Origin: a virus
Taxonomy: Duplodnaviria > Caudoviricetes
Direction: 5' to 3' (one strand)
DNA length: 26,111 nt
Virus record (IMG/VR): IMGVR_UViG_3300044840_000005
Location: 1 to 26,111 of that record
Of this stretch, positions 1 to 8,056 are shown piece by piece; the first letter of the stretch is position 1; each line of letters opens with the position of its first letter. The position numbers and the translations under genes were made by a program. The notes beneath the pieces were generated by a model, which was not told the DNA's origin, ran no database searches, and saw only the letters and a program-made list of their open reading frames with translations.

Positions 1-137
1 GGTTTTTGGGTGAGATGCGCTGCTGGATCACCCGCTAAGTGCGCGCGAAAAATCTTGACCTTCTCAATGGTTTTCCTCCTCAACTATCTCGCCTAGTTTC
101 ACACGCGCGCACATGCGCGCACGCACCCGGAGGGCCG

Positions 138-278
138 ATGCAGCAGACGCTACCGCCCGAAGGGCAGCGCACCTACCCGAACGTCTGCGCGTGGTGTGGT
201 GCTTCGCCTGCTGAGCCGTACGAGCTCGAAAGGGCACAACGGCGCGCGGGCGACGCTGAGCGCGAGGTCGGCGAGTAA
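138..278 (+). CDS. Small hypothetical protein with CxxC (46 aa)
   Basis: GGAGGG at 129-134 precedes ATG 138; MQQTLPPEGQRTYPNVCAWCG...; TAA overlaps the terS ATG (TAATG). Confidence 0.5.
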   Translation: MQQTLPPEGQRTYPNVCAWCGASPAEPYELERAQRRAGDAEREVGE

Positions 279-646
279 TGCCCGGTCCCGCTCACAAGTC
301 TTGCCCTGCTGATCTCGACGCGGGCTGGCGTGCGATCTGGAACGTCGCGCACGCTGATATCTCGGAGCGTGGTTGGCGTGATGCGTATCACCCGACGTTG
401 GAGCGGTACGTCCGGTCGTTGCGCGCGGCGAGTGAGTCGCTTGCGGTGATAAAGGCGCACGGGATGACGACGCTTGGTAGCACTGGGCAGGTGGTGTTGT
501 CGCCGCACTGGAAGGTGTACACGGAGGCGTGTCGGATCGCTGATAAGTGCGCGGCTGATTTGCTGTTGACGCCGGCCGCGCGGGCTCGGGTTGGGGATCA
601 GGTTCCGGTTGCGAAGGGCGGGAAGTTCGACGGCAAGTTTGGGTAA
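278..646 (+). CDS. terS: Terminase small subunit, P27 family
   Basis: P27-type pattern (PADLD..W, LERY, SPHW..., LLLTPAARAR) and position upstream of terL. Confidence 0.85.
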   Translation: MPGPAHKSCPADLDAGWRAIWNVAHADISERGWRDAYHPTLERYVRSLRAASESLAVIKAHGMTTLGSTGQVVLSPHWKVYTEACRIADKCAADLLLTPAARARVGDQVPVAKGGKFDGKFG

Positions 647-740
647 ACCGTCGGGCCGTTACTGCCCGCAATGCTCTGGGCGGCGCCGTTGGCGCGGCCA
701 GGTGTGCCCGAAGTGCAAGGGGACCGGAAAGCGGGGGTAG
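639..740 (+). CDS. 33-aa zinc-finger microprotein (DnaJ-type CxxCxG repeats)
   Basis: Hand translation from TTG 639: MGKPSGRYCPQCSGRRRWRGQVCPKCKGTGKRG*; overlaps the terS end; not in the ORF track. Confidence 0.6.
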   Translation: MGKPSGRYCPQCSGRRRWRGQVCPKCKGTGKRG

Positions 741-742
741 CG

Positions 743-844
743 ATGATCGTGGTCTGTTTCTGCGGTGCCACGCTCCGCGGCCCGCGCGTCACGGTCTGCC
801 CTCACTGTCTTGTCCCGGTGCCCGGGCCGCACCCATCGGGGTGA
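743..844 (+). CDS. 33-aa Cys-rich microprotein (CxC...CPHC)
   Basis: MIVVCFCGATLRGPRVTVCPHCLVPVPGPHPSG*; GGGGG upstream; TGA overlaps the terL GTG (GTGA). Confidence 0.55.
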   Translation: MIVVCFCGATLRGPRVTVCPHCLVPVPGPHPSG

Positions 845-2337
845 GCGGCGCCTACTCGTGGTGCTACGAGGACTTCGCACGCTTCTACGAGCTCCTCACT
901 CTCCCCGACGGTAAGCCCGCCCGCCTAGAAGGGCACCTACGCCTGATCTGCCAGGAGATTTTCAACCGGCCAGGCGACTCCGGCCTGCTTGTGATGCTGC
1001 CGAAAGGCAACGGCAAGACAGCTCTCCTCGGTGCCCTGGCCGTTTACCACATGCTCGTCACGCCGAACGCGAACTGCTTCATCGGCGCTGCGAACAAAGA
1101 GCAGGCGAAGGAGATGTACCGCTTCGCTACACACTTCGTGCGCGCCGGCTCGGACTACGAGCTTGAGCGGTACGCGAAGGTGCTTGGCGGCACCCTGGAG
1201 ATCCGGTCTCGTCGCGATGAGGGGTTCATCCTCATCATCGCGTCGGACGACTCGAAGCAGGGCGGTAAGAAGCAGGGCCTCAACGCCACGCTGTTCCTGA
1301 TCGACGAGCTCCACGCTCACGAGAATGATTCGCTGTACACCGACGGTCGGTCGGGGCTGTTCAAGCGTGACGGGACTATGGTCACGATCACGACGGCCGG
1401 GTGGGATCAAGAAAGTACGCTTGGTCGGTTGCGTGCTGGGTTCCTCGCCGCGGACCAGTCTGGCGGGACGGTCGAGCGCAATCTTGTAGTCACTGACGAC
1501 GGCAGCTACGCCCCCCATCCTGACGGCCGGTTGACGGTCGCTCGGATCGGTGACAACGCGATGCTTGAGTGGGCGGCCCGGGAGGACGACGACCCGCAGG
1601 ACTTCGAGGCTGTGAAGCTGGCGAATCCGGCGTCGTTCGTGACGGTCAAGAGCATCCGTAACGCGTTTGAGGAACCTGGCATCACGCCTTGGATTTACGC
1701 CCGCTACCGGATGAATCGTTGGACGTTGGGCTACGAATCGTGGCTGCCGTACGGCGCGTGGGACGTTCTCCACGAGCCGGGGTTGATCTTGGACCCGGAG
1801 TCGCCGCTGTTCGCTGCGGTGGACATGGCGCGCTACCGGGACTGTGCTGCGCTTGTTGCGGTGCAGCCGCGGGGCGATAAGCCCGCGGCGGTGAAGGCGT
1901 GGATTTGGAAGCCGGGCGGCAGGGACGATCCCGTCCCGTACGCGACGGTGATGGATCAGATCCGCGAGCTAAAGCGCGAGTTCAACTTGCGGGCGTGTGC
2001 GTGTGACCCGCGGTGGTTCGATCAGGCTGCGGAGGAGTTGAACAACGAGGGCGTGCCGATGGAGGTTACGGCGCAGTCGAATGAGCGCATGAGCGCTGCG
2101 GCTGCGGATTTGCGGCAGGCGATCCTTGAGGGCCGCCTTGCGCACGATGGTGACCCGGTGCTGGCGGCGCATGTGATGGCTGCGGTGCCGAAGGACGTCG
2201 GCGCGAGTGCGTTCAAGTTGGATAAGCCGCGCTCCTCGGGGCCGGATATCGATGCGGCGGAAGCACTGAGCATGGCGTGGACGCTTGTGGGCCACGACGA
2301 AGTTTCCATGTACGAGGACCCGGAGGCGATCGTTTGA
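841..2337 (+). CDS. terL: Terminase large subunit
   Basis: Walker A LPKGNGKT, Walker B LFLIDELHAH, coupling motif ITTAG, RNase H-like nuclease motifs AAVDMARYRD and DIDAAEALSMA. Confidence 0.95.
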   Translation: MSGAYSWCYEDFARFYELLTLPDGKPARLEGHLRLICQEIFNRPGDSGLLVMLPKGNGKTALLGALAVYHMLVTPNANCFIGAANKEQAKEMYRFATHFVRAGSDYELERYAKVLGGTLEIRSRRDEGFILIIASDDSKQGGKKQGLNATLFLIDELHAHENDSLYTDGRSGLFKRDGTMVTITTAGWDQESTLGRLRAGFLAADQSGGTVERNLVVTDDGSYAPHPDGRLTVARIGDNAMLEWAAREDDDPQDFEAVKLANPASFVTVKSIRNAFEEPGITPWIYARYRMNRWTLGYESWLPYGAWDVLHEPGLILDPESPLFAAVDMARYRDCAALVAVQPRGDKPAAVKAWIWKPGGRDDPVPYATVMDQIRELKREFNLRACACDPRWFDQAAEELNNEGVPMEVTAQSNERMSAAAADLRQAILEGRLAHDGDPVLAAHVMAAVPKDVGASAFKLDKPRSSGPDIDAAEALSMAWTLVGHDEVSMYEDPEAIV

Positions 2338-2471
2338 CCCTAATCCTGCTCTCGGTCTCTCTGTGCCTGATTACGGCGGGAGTGGCGTGCATCTACTGGC
2401 CCGCGGCTCTCGTGGCCGCAGGCGTGCTTCTAGGGGCCTCTGTGTGGTTGCTTGAGAGCGCCGGAGAGTGA
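2334..2471 (+). CDS. Small membrane protein between terL and portal (45 aa)
   Basis: TTGA overlap with terL stop, GTGA overlap with portal start; two hydrophobic segments (LILLSVSLCLITAGVACIYWPAALVAAGVLLG). Confidence 0.7.
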   Translation: MTLILLSVSLCLITAGVACIYWPAALVAAGVLLGASVWLLESAGE

Positions 2472-3802
2472 AGCTCCCGAAGCTGCGCCCCCGCGGCACG
2501 CGGGACAGTCTCTCCACCCCGTCAGAGGACCTGATCGCCGCGTTCGGTGGGCAACAGACCTACTCAGGCAAGACGGTCACGGTTTCCAACGCGCTTCATC
2601 TCGTCCCGGTGTTCCGTGCCGTGACCCTACTGGCCGGCGCGGTGGGCTCACTGCCCCTAGAGGTTTACCGCCGCACGGCGGACAGTCGCAAGCAGCCGGT
2701 GTCCATGACGTCGCGGCCTTGGGAGCTCCTGCACGACAAGCCGAACGAACTCATGGCGGCGGACGAGATGCATTCGCTCGTCATGTCGCACCTCGCGACG
2801 TGGGGCAACGCGTTCCTGTGGAAGGAACGCGGCTCCGACGGGCGCATCGCGCATCTCTGGCCGATTGATCCTCGCCGCGTGCAGGTCGGGCGCTCTCCGG
2901 ATGCTAAGCCGGCGTTCCTTGTGCAGACGTACGGGACGACGCCTCCGGGGCAGGACTACTTTGCGATGGGGCCGAGCGTAGTCGTCGGCTCGGACGAGCT
3001 CCTGCACATTCGCGGGCTCTCCCAGGACGGGCTGATCGGCTATTCGCCGGTGCAGCTTGCCCGGCAGATGCTTGGCGGGATGATGAGTCAGGAGGAGTTC
3101 GAGGGCCGGTTGTGGGCGAACGACGCGACACCGGGCGTGGTGCTCGTGCATCCGAACAGGCTTGCGCCGGAGGCCGTGGATCGGCTGCGGGCGTTGTGGG
3201 ATAACCGCCACAAGGGCCCGAGTCGAGCTCGCGCTACGGCGGTGCTGGGCGAGGGCGTCCAGGTCAAGCAGATGACGATGCCGCTTGAGGACGCTCAGTT
3301 CATCGAGACGGCGAAGTTTCACCGCACGGACGTGGCGCTGTTGTTCGGCATCCCGCCGTACATGCTCGCCGCGGACACCGGGTCGTCTATGACGTACTCG
3401 AATTCTGAGACGCAGAGCCTTGATTTCGTGAAGTGGTCGGCGCGGTCGTGGATGGTTCGGATGGAGTCGGCGTACTCCTGGGACCCGGACCTGATGCCGA
3501 CGAACTGGTACGCGAAGTTTTGTCTGAATGAGCTGCTTCGCGGTTCGATGCAGGAGCGGTTTCAGGCGTACACAATCGCGAAGCACCTTCTCGTGGATGA
3601 GATCCGCGACATGGAGGACATGGAGCCGCTGCCTGACGGTAAGGGGCAGGTGCTCGCGTTCACGATTGGGCCGCCGCGTGGGACGACGATTCCGACGCAG
3701 GACCAGCCGCTAGCAGATCAGCCTACGCCCGGTGAGGGCGAGCCTGTGGGTGATGTGCCCACGGCGCCAACGCCGGATGGAGGTACGACACAAGGTGCAT
3801 GA
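2468..3802 (+). CDS. Portal protein, HK97 family
   Basis: Motifs VFRAVTLLAGAVGSLPL, PNELM, WGNAF, LLHIRG..DGLIGYSP, DAQFIE, FGIPP, YSNSE; position after terL. Confidence 0.95.
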   Translation: MKLPKLRPRGTRDSLSTPSEDLIAAFGGQQTYSGKTVTVSNALHLVPVFRAVTLLAGAVGSLPLEVYRRTADSRKQPVSMTSRPWELLHDKPNELMAADEMHSLVMSHLATWGNAFLWKERGSDGRIAHLWPIDPRRVQVGRSPDAKPAFLVQTYGTTPPGQDYFAMGPSVVVGSDELLHIRGLSQDGLIGYSPVQLARQMLGGMMSQEEFEGRLWANDATPGVVLVHPNRLAPEAVDRLRALWDNRHKGPSRARATAVLGEGVQVKQMTMPLEDAQFIETAKFHRTDVALLFGIPPYMLAADTGSSMTYSNSETQSLDFVKWSARSWMVRMESAYSWDPDLMPTNWYAKFCLNELLRGSMQERFQAYTIAKHLLVDEIRDMEDMEPLPDGKGQVLAFTIGPPRGTTIPTQDQPLADQPTPGEGEPVGDVPTAPTPDGGTTQGA

Positions 3803-4505
3803 TTTCGAGACGCGGGTCGCTGCCGTAAAGCGGGAGATCCGCGCCCGCTCGTGGGACGGGATTGAGCGGCGCACGGTGCCCGGCTCCGTCGAGGCGCGAG
3901 ACCTCGGCGACGGCAAGTGGCAGATCGCTGGCTACGGATTTGTCTACAACTCGTGGTCCGTGGACCTGGGCGGCTTCAAAGAGCGGATCGCACCTGGGGC
4001 GGCCGACGACGTGCTCGCTAGTAACCCCGACATTCGCGGGCTCGTCAATCACAATCCGGACCTCATCTTGGGGCGGACGGTCGCCGGAACCATGGTCGTC
4101 ACGAGCGACACCCATGGTGGCGCGTATGTGATCGACGCGCCGGCAACGTCGTACGCGGCCGACCTTCGCGTTTCACTCGACCGACGCGATATCAACCAGT
4201 CGTCGTTTGCTTTCCGTGTCGAGCGGGGTGGCGCGACGTGGGAGGACGACCCCGAAGACGAGTACGGGCTTCTCCGCACGATTACCAAGTTTTCAGGGCT
4301 CTACGACATGAGCCCGGTCACTTACCCCGCCTACGAGGCGACGTCCAGCGGGGTTGCATCTTCCGTACCCAACGCCGAGCGCAACGGTGATGGCCCCGCT
4401 GGGGAGCGCACCGACGATGGCGACGTTGAGGAGCAGCAGACGGATGGCGCGCCGTGGCGGCTTAGGGCTGCCCAGCGGGGCATGGCGCGACGCGAATCCG
4501 CGTAG
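3795..4505 (+). CDS. Prohead maturation protease, HK97 family
   Basis: IAGYGFVYNSWS.DLGGFKERIAPGA, LVNHNPDLILGRT, INQSSFAF, LYDMSPVTYPAY; GTG 3795 chosen from GGAGG at 3779-3783. Confidence 0.92.
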   Translation: MHDFETRVAAVKREIRARSWDGIERRTVPGSVEARDLGDGKWQIAGYGFVYNSWSVDLGGFKERIAPGAADDVLASNPDIRGLVNHNPDLILGRTVAGTMVVTSDTHGGAYVIDAPATSYAADLRVSLDRRDINQSSFAFRVERGGATWEDDPEDEYGLLRTITKFSGLYDMSPVTYPAYEATSSGVASSVPNAERNGDGPAGERTDDGDVEEQQTDGAPWRLRAAQRGMARRESA

Positions 4506-4533
4506 CGCACATCCGACCACTAGGAGGTACGCC

Positions 4534-5817
4534 CTGAGGCGTGCTATCACCACGCTCCTTGAGGAGCGCGCTGGCCTGTGGGAGCAGATGAAGGCTCTCA
4601 GTGACAAGGCCGAGGCCGAGGGACGCGATCTCACGGCCGACGAGTACGAGCAGTACGGGAAGCTGGAAAGCGACCTGGACGCGAAGGACACGCACGCTAA
4701 GCGCCTTCAGCGCGAGGCGGGCATTGAGTCCAACATGACCCGCGACGTGGCACTGCCCGAGGCTGTTCCGGCCCCGGTCGATCGCACCGTTTCGGAGGTT
4801 GCCGAGGTTCGCGCTCGCGCGGAGCGGGGCGACAAGCAGGCTCAGCGCGAGTACATCGCGTCTGACGAGTACCGGGACGCTTTCGTGGCGGGCATGAAGG
4901 CTCGTTCGCTGGGCGACCTGGACGCCGAGTCTCGCGCGGCGCTGAACGTTGGTACGGGCGCGCAGGGTGGTTTCCTTGTGCCGGCCGAGTTCCAGCGTCA
5001 GCTCGTGGAGTCGGAGCGGTTCTACGGGACGATTCGCCAGCTTTCCACGGTCATCGTGACTGCGGACAACGGTGCGCTGTCGATCCCGAAGGTTGACGAC
5101 GCTAACCGTATGGTGGCGACGTGGACCGCGGAAGCCGCGGCCTTCACGGAGTCTGAGGACCAGTTCCTTCAGGCTACGCTCGGGTCGTTCAAGCAGGGCA
5201 CCATCTCGAAGCTGTCAGACGAGCTGATTCTCGATAGCGCGTTCGACATTCTCGGGTTCGTCGCCCGTTCCGCCGGCCAGGCGCTCGGCCTGCTCGCTAA
5301 CACTGCTTACGCGGTGGGAGCGTCGGGTTCGACCACCACGCCGGAGGGGCTGCTTGTCAAGTCGAGCATCGGTCGTACGATGCCGACCGGCAACTCGACC
5401 AGCATCACGTCCGCGGACGAGCTCATTGAGCTCTACCACTCGGTTCGGCCGGCATACCGCCCTCGCGGTACGTGGGTGTTCTCGGATACGGCGATCAAGC
5501 AGGTTCGTCAGCTCAAGACGTCGCAGGGCGTCTACCTCTGGCAGCCGTCGCTTACGACTGGTGACCCGGACACGATCCTCGGTCGCCCGGTCGTTGCGGA
5601 CCCGGACGTTGCGGTTCCCGCGGCGAACGCTCTGTGCGGCGGTTTCGGTGACGTGAAGTCGGCGTACTGGATTCGCGACGTGCAGGACGTGACGGTGAAG
5701 ATCCTGAACGAGCTGTACGCGGCTAACGGTCAGGTCGGCTACCGCACGCATCGCCGTACCGACGGTGACGTGATCGACACGCTGGCGTTCAAGACGCTCA
5801 AGAACTCGGCCACCTAA
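4534..5817 (+). CDS. Major capsid protein, HK97 fold with N-terminal delta domain; probable CTG start
   Basis: Coiled-coil delta domain (LLEERAGLWEQMK..EGRDLTADE), GGFLVP, SDELILDS, YLWQP..GDPDTILGRPV, ELYAANGQVGY. AGGAGGT at 4522-4528 lies 5 nt before in-frame CTG 4534. Confidence 0.93.
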   Translation: MRRAITTLLEERAGLWEQMKALSDKAEAEGRDLTADEYEQYGKLESDLDAKDTHAKRLQREAGIESNMTRDVALPEAVPAPVDRTVSEVAEVRARAERGDKQAQREYIASDEYRDAFVAGMKARSLGDLDAESRAALNVGTGAQGGFLVPAEFQRQLVESERFYGTIRQLSTVIVTADNGALSIPKVDDANRMVATWTAEAAAFTESEDQFLQATLGSFKQGTISKLSDELILDSAFDILGFVARSAGQALGLLANTAYAVGASGSTTTPEGLLVKSSIGRTMPTGNSTSITSADELIELYHSVRPAYRPRGTWVFSDTAIKQVRQLKTSQGVYLWQPSLTTGDPDTILGRPVVADPDVAVPAANALCGGFGDVKSAYWIRDVQDVTVKILNELYAANGQVGYRTHRRTDGDVIDTLAFKTLKNSAT

Positions 5818-5830
5818 CAGGCCGATCATT

Positions 5831-5860
5831 GCGGTTCCCAGCCTACGGGCATGGCACCGC
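5831..5860 (+). other. RNA hairpin with C(UACG)G tetraloop
   Basis: GCGGT/ACCGC outer stem, CCA/TGG, and GCC-TACG-GGC apex. Confidence 0.55.
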
Positions 5861-5861
5861 T

Positions 5862-5922
5862 GGCGCGAATGGGTGCCCGCTGCTTTAGCGGTGGGCCCGG
5901 GGTTCGATTCCCCGGCGCGCCC
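5862..5922 (+). ncRNA. D-armless tRNA-like element
   Basis: GGCGCG/CGCGCC acceptor-like stem; T arm CCGGGG-TTCGATT-CCCCGG; one 9-bp hairpin GCCCGCTGC-TTTA-GCGGTGGGC in place of the D and anticodon arms. Confidence 0.55.
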
Positions 5923-5929
5923 TCATCGC

Positions 5930-6000
5930 CGCTCCGAGGGCAAAGAGTAAGCCACGGGCCTCATAAGCCTGGGAACCGGGTGCGACTCCCGGCGGAGCTA
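5930..6000 (+). tRNA. Atypical tRNA with CAT anticodon (Met/fMet-like)
   Basis: Cloverleaf: GCTCCG/CGGAGC acceptor with C1:T72 mismatch and A73; D stem GGC/GCC; anticodon arm CGGGC-CTCATAA-GCCTG; T arm CCGGG-TGCGACT-CCCGG; no encoded CCA. Confidence 0.75.
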
Positions 6001-6001
6001 T

Positions 6002-6060
6002 CGGCGGGCGGGATGGGGGTCCCGAGGGTTCCCGTCCTCGGCGCCGCCCGCCGTTCACTT
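6002..6060 (+). terminator. Strong stem followed by TTCACTT; possible terminator or attenuator after the capsid/tRNA unit
   Basis: CGGCGGGCGG (6002-6011) pairs perfectly with CCGCCCGCCG (6044-6053), with internal stems; the T-rich tail is short. Confidence 0.45.
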
Positions 6061-6076
6061 ACCGAGGAGGTACATC

Positions 6077-6271
6077 GTGAAGGTTCGCATTCTCACGGAG
6101 CGGCACCCCCACCACTCGCAGCCCGACCGCGAGTACATCGCGAGCGGGACGGAGATCGACCTTCCCGTCCAGCACGCGAAGGAACTACTCCAGCGCGGCG
6201 ACGCCGAGCCGATCGCGCAGAAGCGCGTCGCGAAGGCTGAGCGCCGCGTGGTGAAGCCCGAGACTCGCTAG
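6077..6271 (+). CDS. Small capsid-adjacent hypothetical protein (64 aa)
   Basis: GAGGAGGT SD; GTEIDLP..AKELL..GDAEP pattern common in genes following HK97-type capsids. Confidence 0.8.
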   Translation: MKVRILTERHPHHSQPDREYIASGTEIDLPVQHAKELLQRGDAEPIAQKRVAKAERRVVKPETR

Positions 6272-7110
6272 TGGACCGAGCCCTACAGTCCTCCACCGCT
6301 ACCGCTTCGGCCCAGTACACGACCGACGGCGCGAACGCCGACCCCGGCGTCGTCACGGTCGGGATCACGCGAGAGGACGGCACCACCCTCGTCGCCCCCG
6401 GTACCGCTACGGCCGGCGCGAGCACCGCGCCGCGGACGTTTGCGTTGACAACGGCCCATACGGCGACGTTGGACTTGCTGACGGTGACGTGGACGAGCGC
6501 GACGCTCGGCGTGATGACCACCTACGTGGAGATTGTCGGCGGGTTCCTGTTCACGGTTGCTGACGCCCGTGCGATCGCTCCTCTGTCGAACGCGACGCTG
6601 TACCCGAACGCGAACATCATCGCCGCTCGAACGGTCGCGGAAGCGGCGCTAGAGGACGCCTGCGGGGTTGCTTTCGTGCCGCGCTACTGCCGAGAGCTCA
6701 TCGACGGCCCGGCCGGTGGCGGGAACGAAGTCCTACTCGATCGCCCGCGCCCCCTATCGATCACGGCCGCGAGCGACACGAGCATTCCGGTCGCCGACCC
6801 TACGACACTGGTGCTGTACCGCGATGGCCGGGTCTACAACCCGACTCGCTGGGCCGAAGGCCGGCGCACCGTGTCGCTCAAGTACACGCACGGCTACCGG
6901 TTCCCGCCGCCCCGAGTAGGCCGCGCTTGCGCGCTGCTCGCGAAGCGGTTTCTCGTGGACTCCCCCATCTCTGATCGCGCGACCGTCCTTCAGTCGGAGG
7001 ACGGCACGACGCAGTTCTTTGTGACGGCCGGCGTGCGCGACGCAGTGTTCGATGTGCCGGAGTGCAATGCGGTGGTCGCTGAGTATGGCGTCCGGTTCGG
7101 GATTGGCTGA
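6271..7110 (+). CDS. Head-tail connector/adaptor with N-terminal beta-rich domain
   Basis: TVADAR...AEAALEDACG..FVPR...YTHGY..PP.VGRACALLA pattern and position; coupled overlaps at both ends. Confidence 0.7.
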   Translation: MDRALQSSTATASAQYTTDGANADPGVVTVGITREDGTTLVAPGTATAGASTAPRTFALTTAHTATLDLLTVTWTSATLGVMTTYVEIVGGFLFTVADARAIAPLSNATLYPNANIIAARTVAEAALEDACGVAFVPRYCRELIDGPAGGGNEVLLDRPRPLSITAASDTSIPVADPTTLVLYRDGRVYNPTRWAEGRRTVSLKYTHGYRFPPPRVGRACALLAKRFLVDSPISDRATVLQSEDGTTQFFVTAGVRDAVFDVPECNAVVAEYGVRFGIG

Positions 7111-7544
7111 TGGCAACATCAAGCGTGCCGTCGGTCAAGGCGGCGATCCTCGCGCTACTCCAGGGGCAGGCGGGCTTCTCCGGGGTGGATGTGCGTTACG
7201 CCCCGCCGACGAAGGACTGGCCGCGGGAGTGCGTGTTCCTGGGGAACGCGGAGTTCGCGGAAGAGTCGATCCCGACGCTGCGTCCCGCTCCTCATCGCCA
7301 CCGCGAGGACTACACGGTGCCGGTGTGGGTGAGCGTGGCGCTTGAGGGCAACGACCCGCAGGCGACCGAGGAGCGAATGTGGACGCTAACGGGGGTCATC
7401 GAGGACGCGCTGCGCAACAACCTGAACCCGTCGGGGACGGCTCTGTGGGCGATCGTGGCGGGCAAGCGCCCGCAGTTGGGCGCGGAGGACGCGCAGTGGG
7501 TCGCGGAGAACTACGTCAGCGTCCGAGTGAGGGCCGACATCTAA
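7110..7544 (+). CDS. Probable tail terminator/completion protein
   Basis: Size, position and pattern (SVPSVKAAILALL...REDYTVPVWVSV...IEDALRNN). Confidence 0.55.
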   Translation: MATSSVPSVKAAILALLQGQAGFSGVDVRYAPPTKDWPRECVFLGNAEFAEESIPTLRPAPHRHREDYTVPVWVSVALEGNDPQATEERMWTLTGVIEDALRNNLNPSGTALWAIVAGKRPQLGAEDAQWVAENYVSVRVRADI

Positions 7545-8056
7545 TGGCCCGTCCGCGAGACGTCCCGTCGAACACGCATGGCGGCGGCTGGCACTACACG
7601 GCGCTGATCGGGTTCGCCCCGGAGTCGCGGGATTGGAAGCCGGGCATGCCGACGTGGCATCCGGTGATCTCGCCTGGTGTGCGGCTTGAGGCGTATGTGA
7701 CGGTGGACGCCGGGGTGTACGCACCGACGTTCATCGGTGCCGACTCGTGGCTGATGAAAAAGGTTCACGTCGGGCACGATGCCATCATCGGGCGGAACTG
7801 TGAGCTCGCTCCGGGTGTCGTCATCGGCGGACACGCGATTCTTCGTGCCGACACGAAGATCGGTGTCAATGCCTGCGTGCTGCCGTACGTCAAGGTCGGC
7901 CGCAACTGCCGTATCGGCGCTGGAGCGGTCGTCACGAAGGACGTGCCCGACGGTGAGGTTTGGGTGGGCAACCCTGCCAGCCCCATCACCAAGACGAAGG
8001 TGTGCGAAGCGTCCGGGTGCTGCGGTGAGTGTGTCGCAGCCGGCGCGAGCGAGTGA
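7544..8056 (+). CDS. Left-handed beta-helix (hexapeptide repeat) acyl/acetyltransferase, LpxA/NeuD-like
   Basis: VTVDAG..PTFIG..WLMKKVHVGHDAIIG, repeated [IV]G hexads, IGAGAVVTKDVP..VWVGNPA; ATG 7544 in a TAATG overlap. Confidence 0.88.
   Translation: MARPRDVPSNTHGGGWHYTALIGFAPESRDWKPGMPTWHPVISPGVRLEAYVTVDAGVYAPTFIGADSWLMKKVHVGHDAIIGRNCELAPGVVIGGHAILRADTKIGVNACVLPYVKVGRNCRIGAGAVVTKDVPDGEVWVGNPASPITKTKVCEASGCCGECVAAGASE

Noticed and set aside
937-3586. Long minus-strand ORFs (937-1773, 2657-3586; likewise 13428-14486 and 22348-23244)
   Set aside because: Shadow frames of clear + strand genes, as expected at high GC; no motifs.
4354-4533. Track's upstream TTG start for the capsid
   Set aside because: It lies deep inside the protease gene and the extension is not capsid-like; the SD points to 4534.
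5875-5896. TTTA loop read as a TTA (ochre suppressor) anticodon
   Set aside because: The loop is 4 nt rather than 7, and TAA acts as a normal stop for terS, capsid and tape measure; no sign of recoding.
5851-6240. 129-aa ORF after the capsid
   Set aside because: It overlaps the tRNA structures and the better-supported 6077 gene; low-complexity translation.
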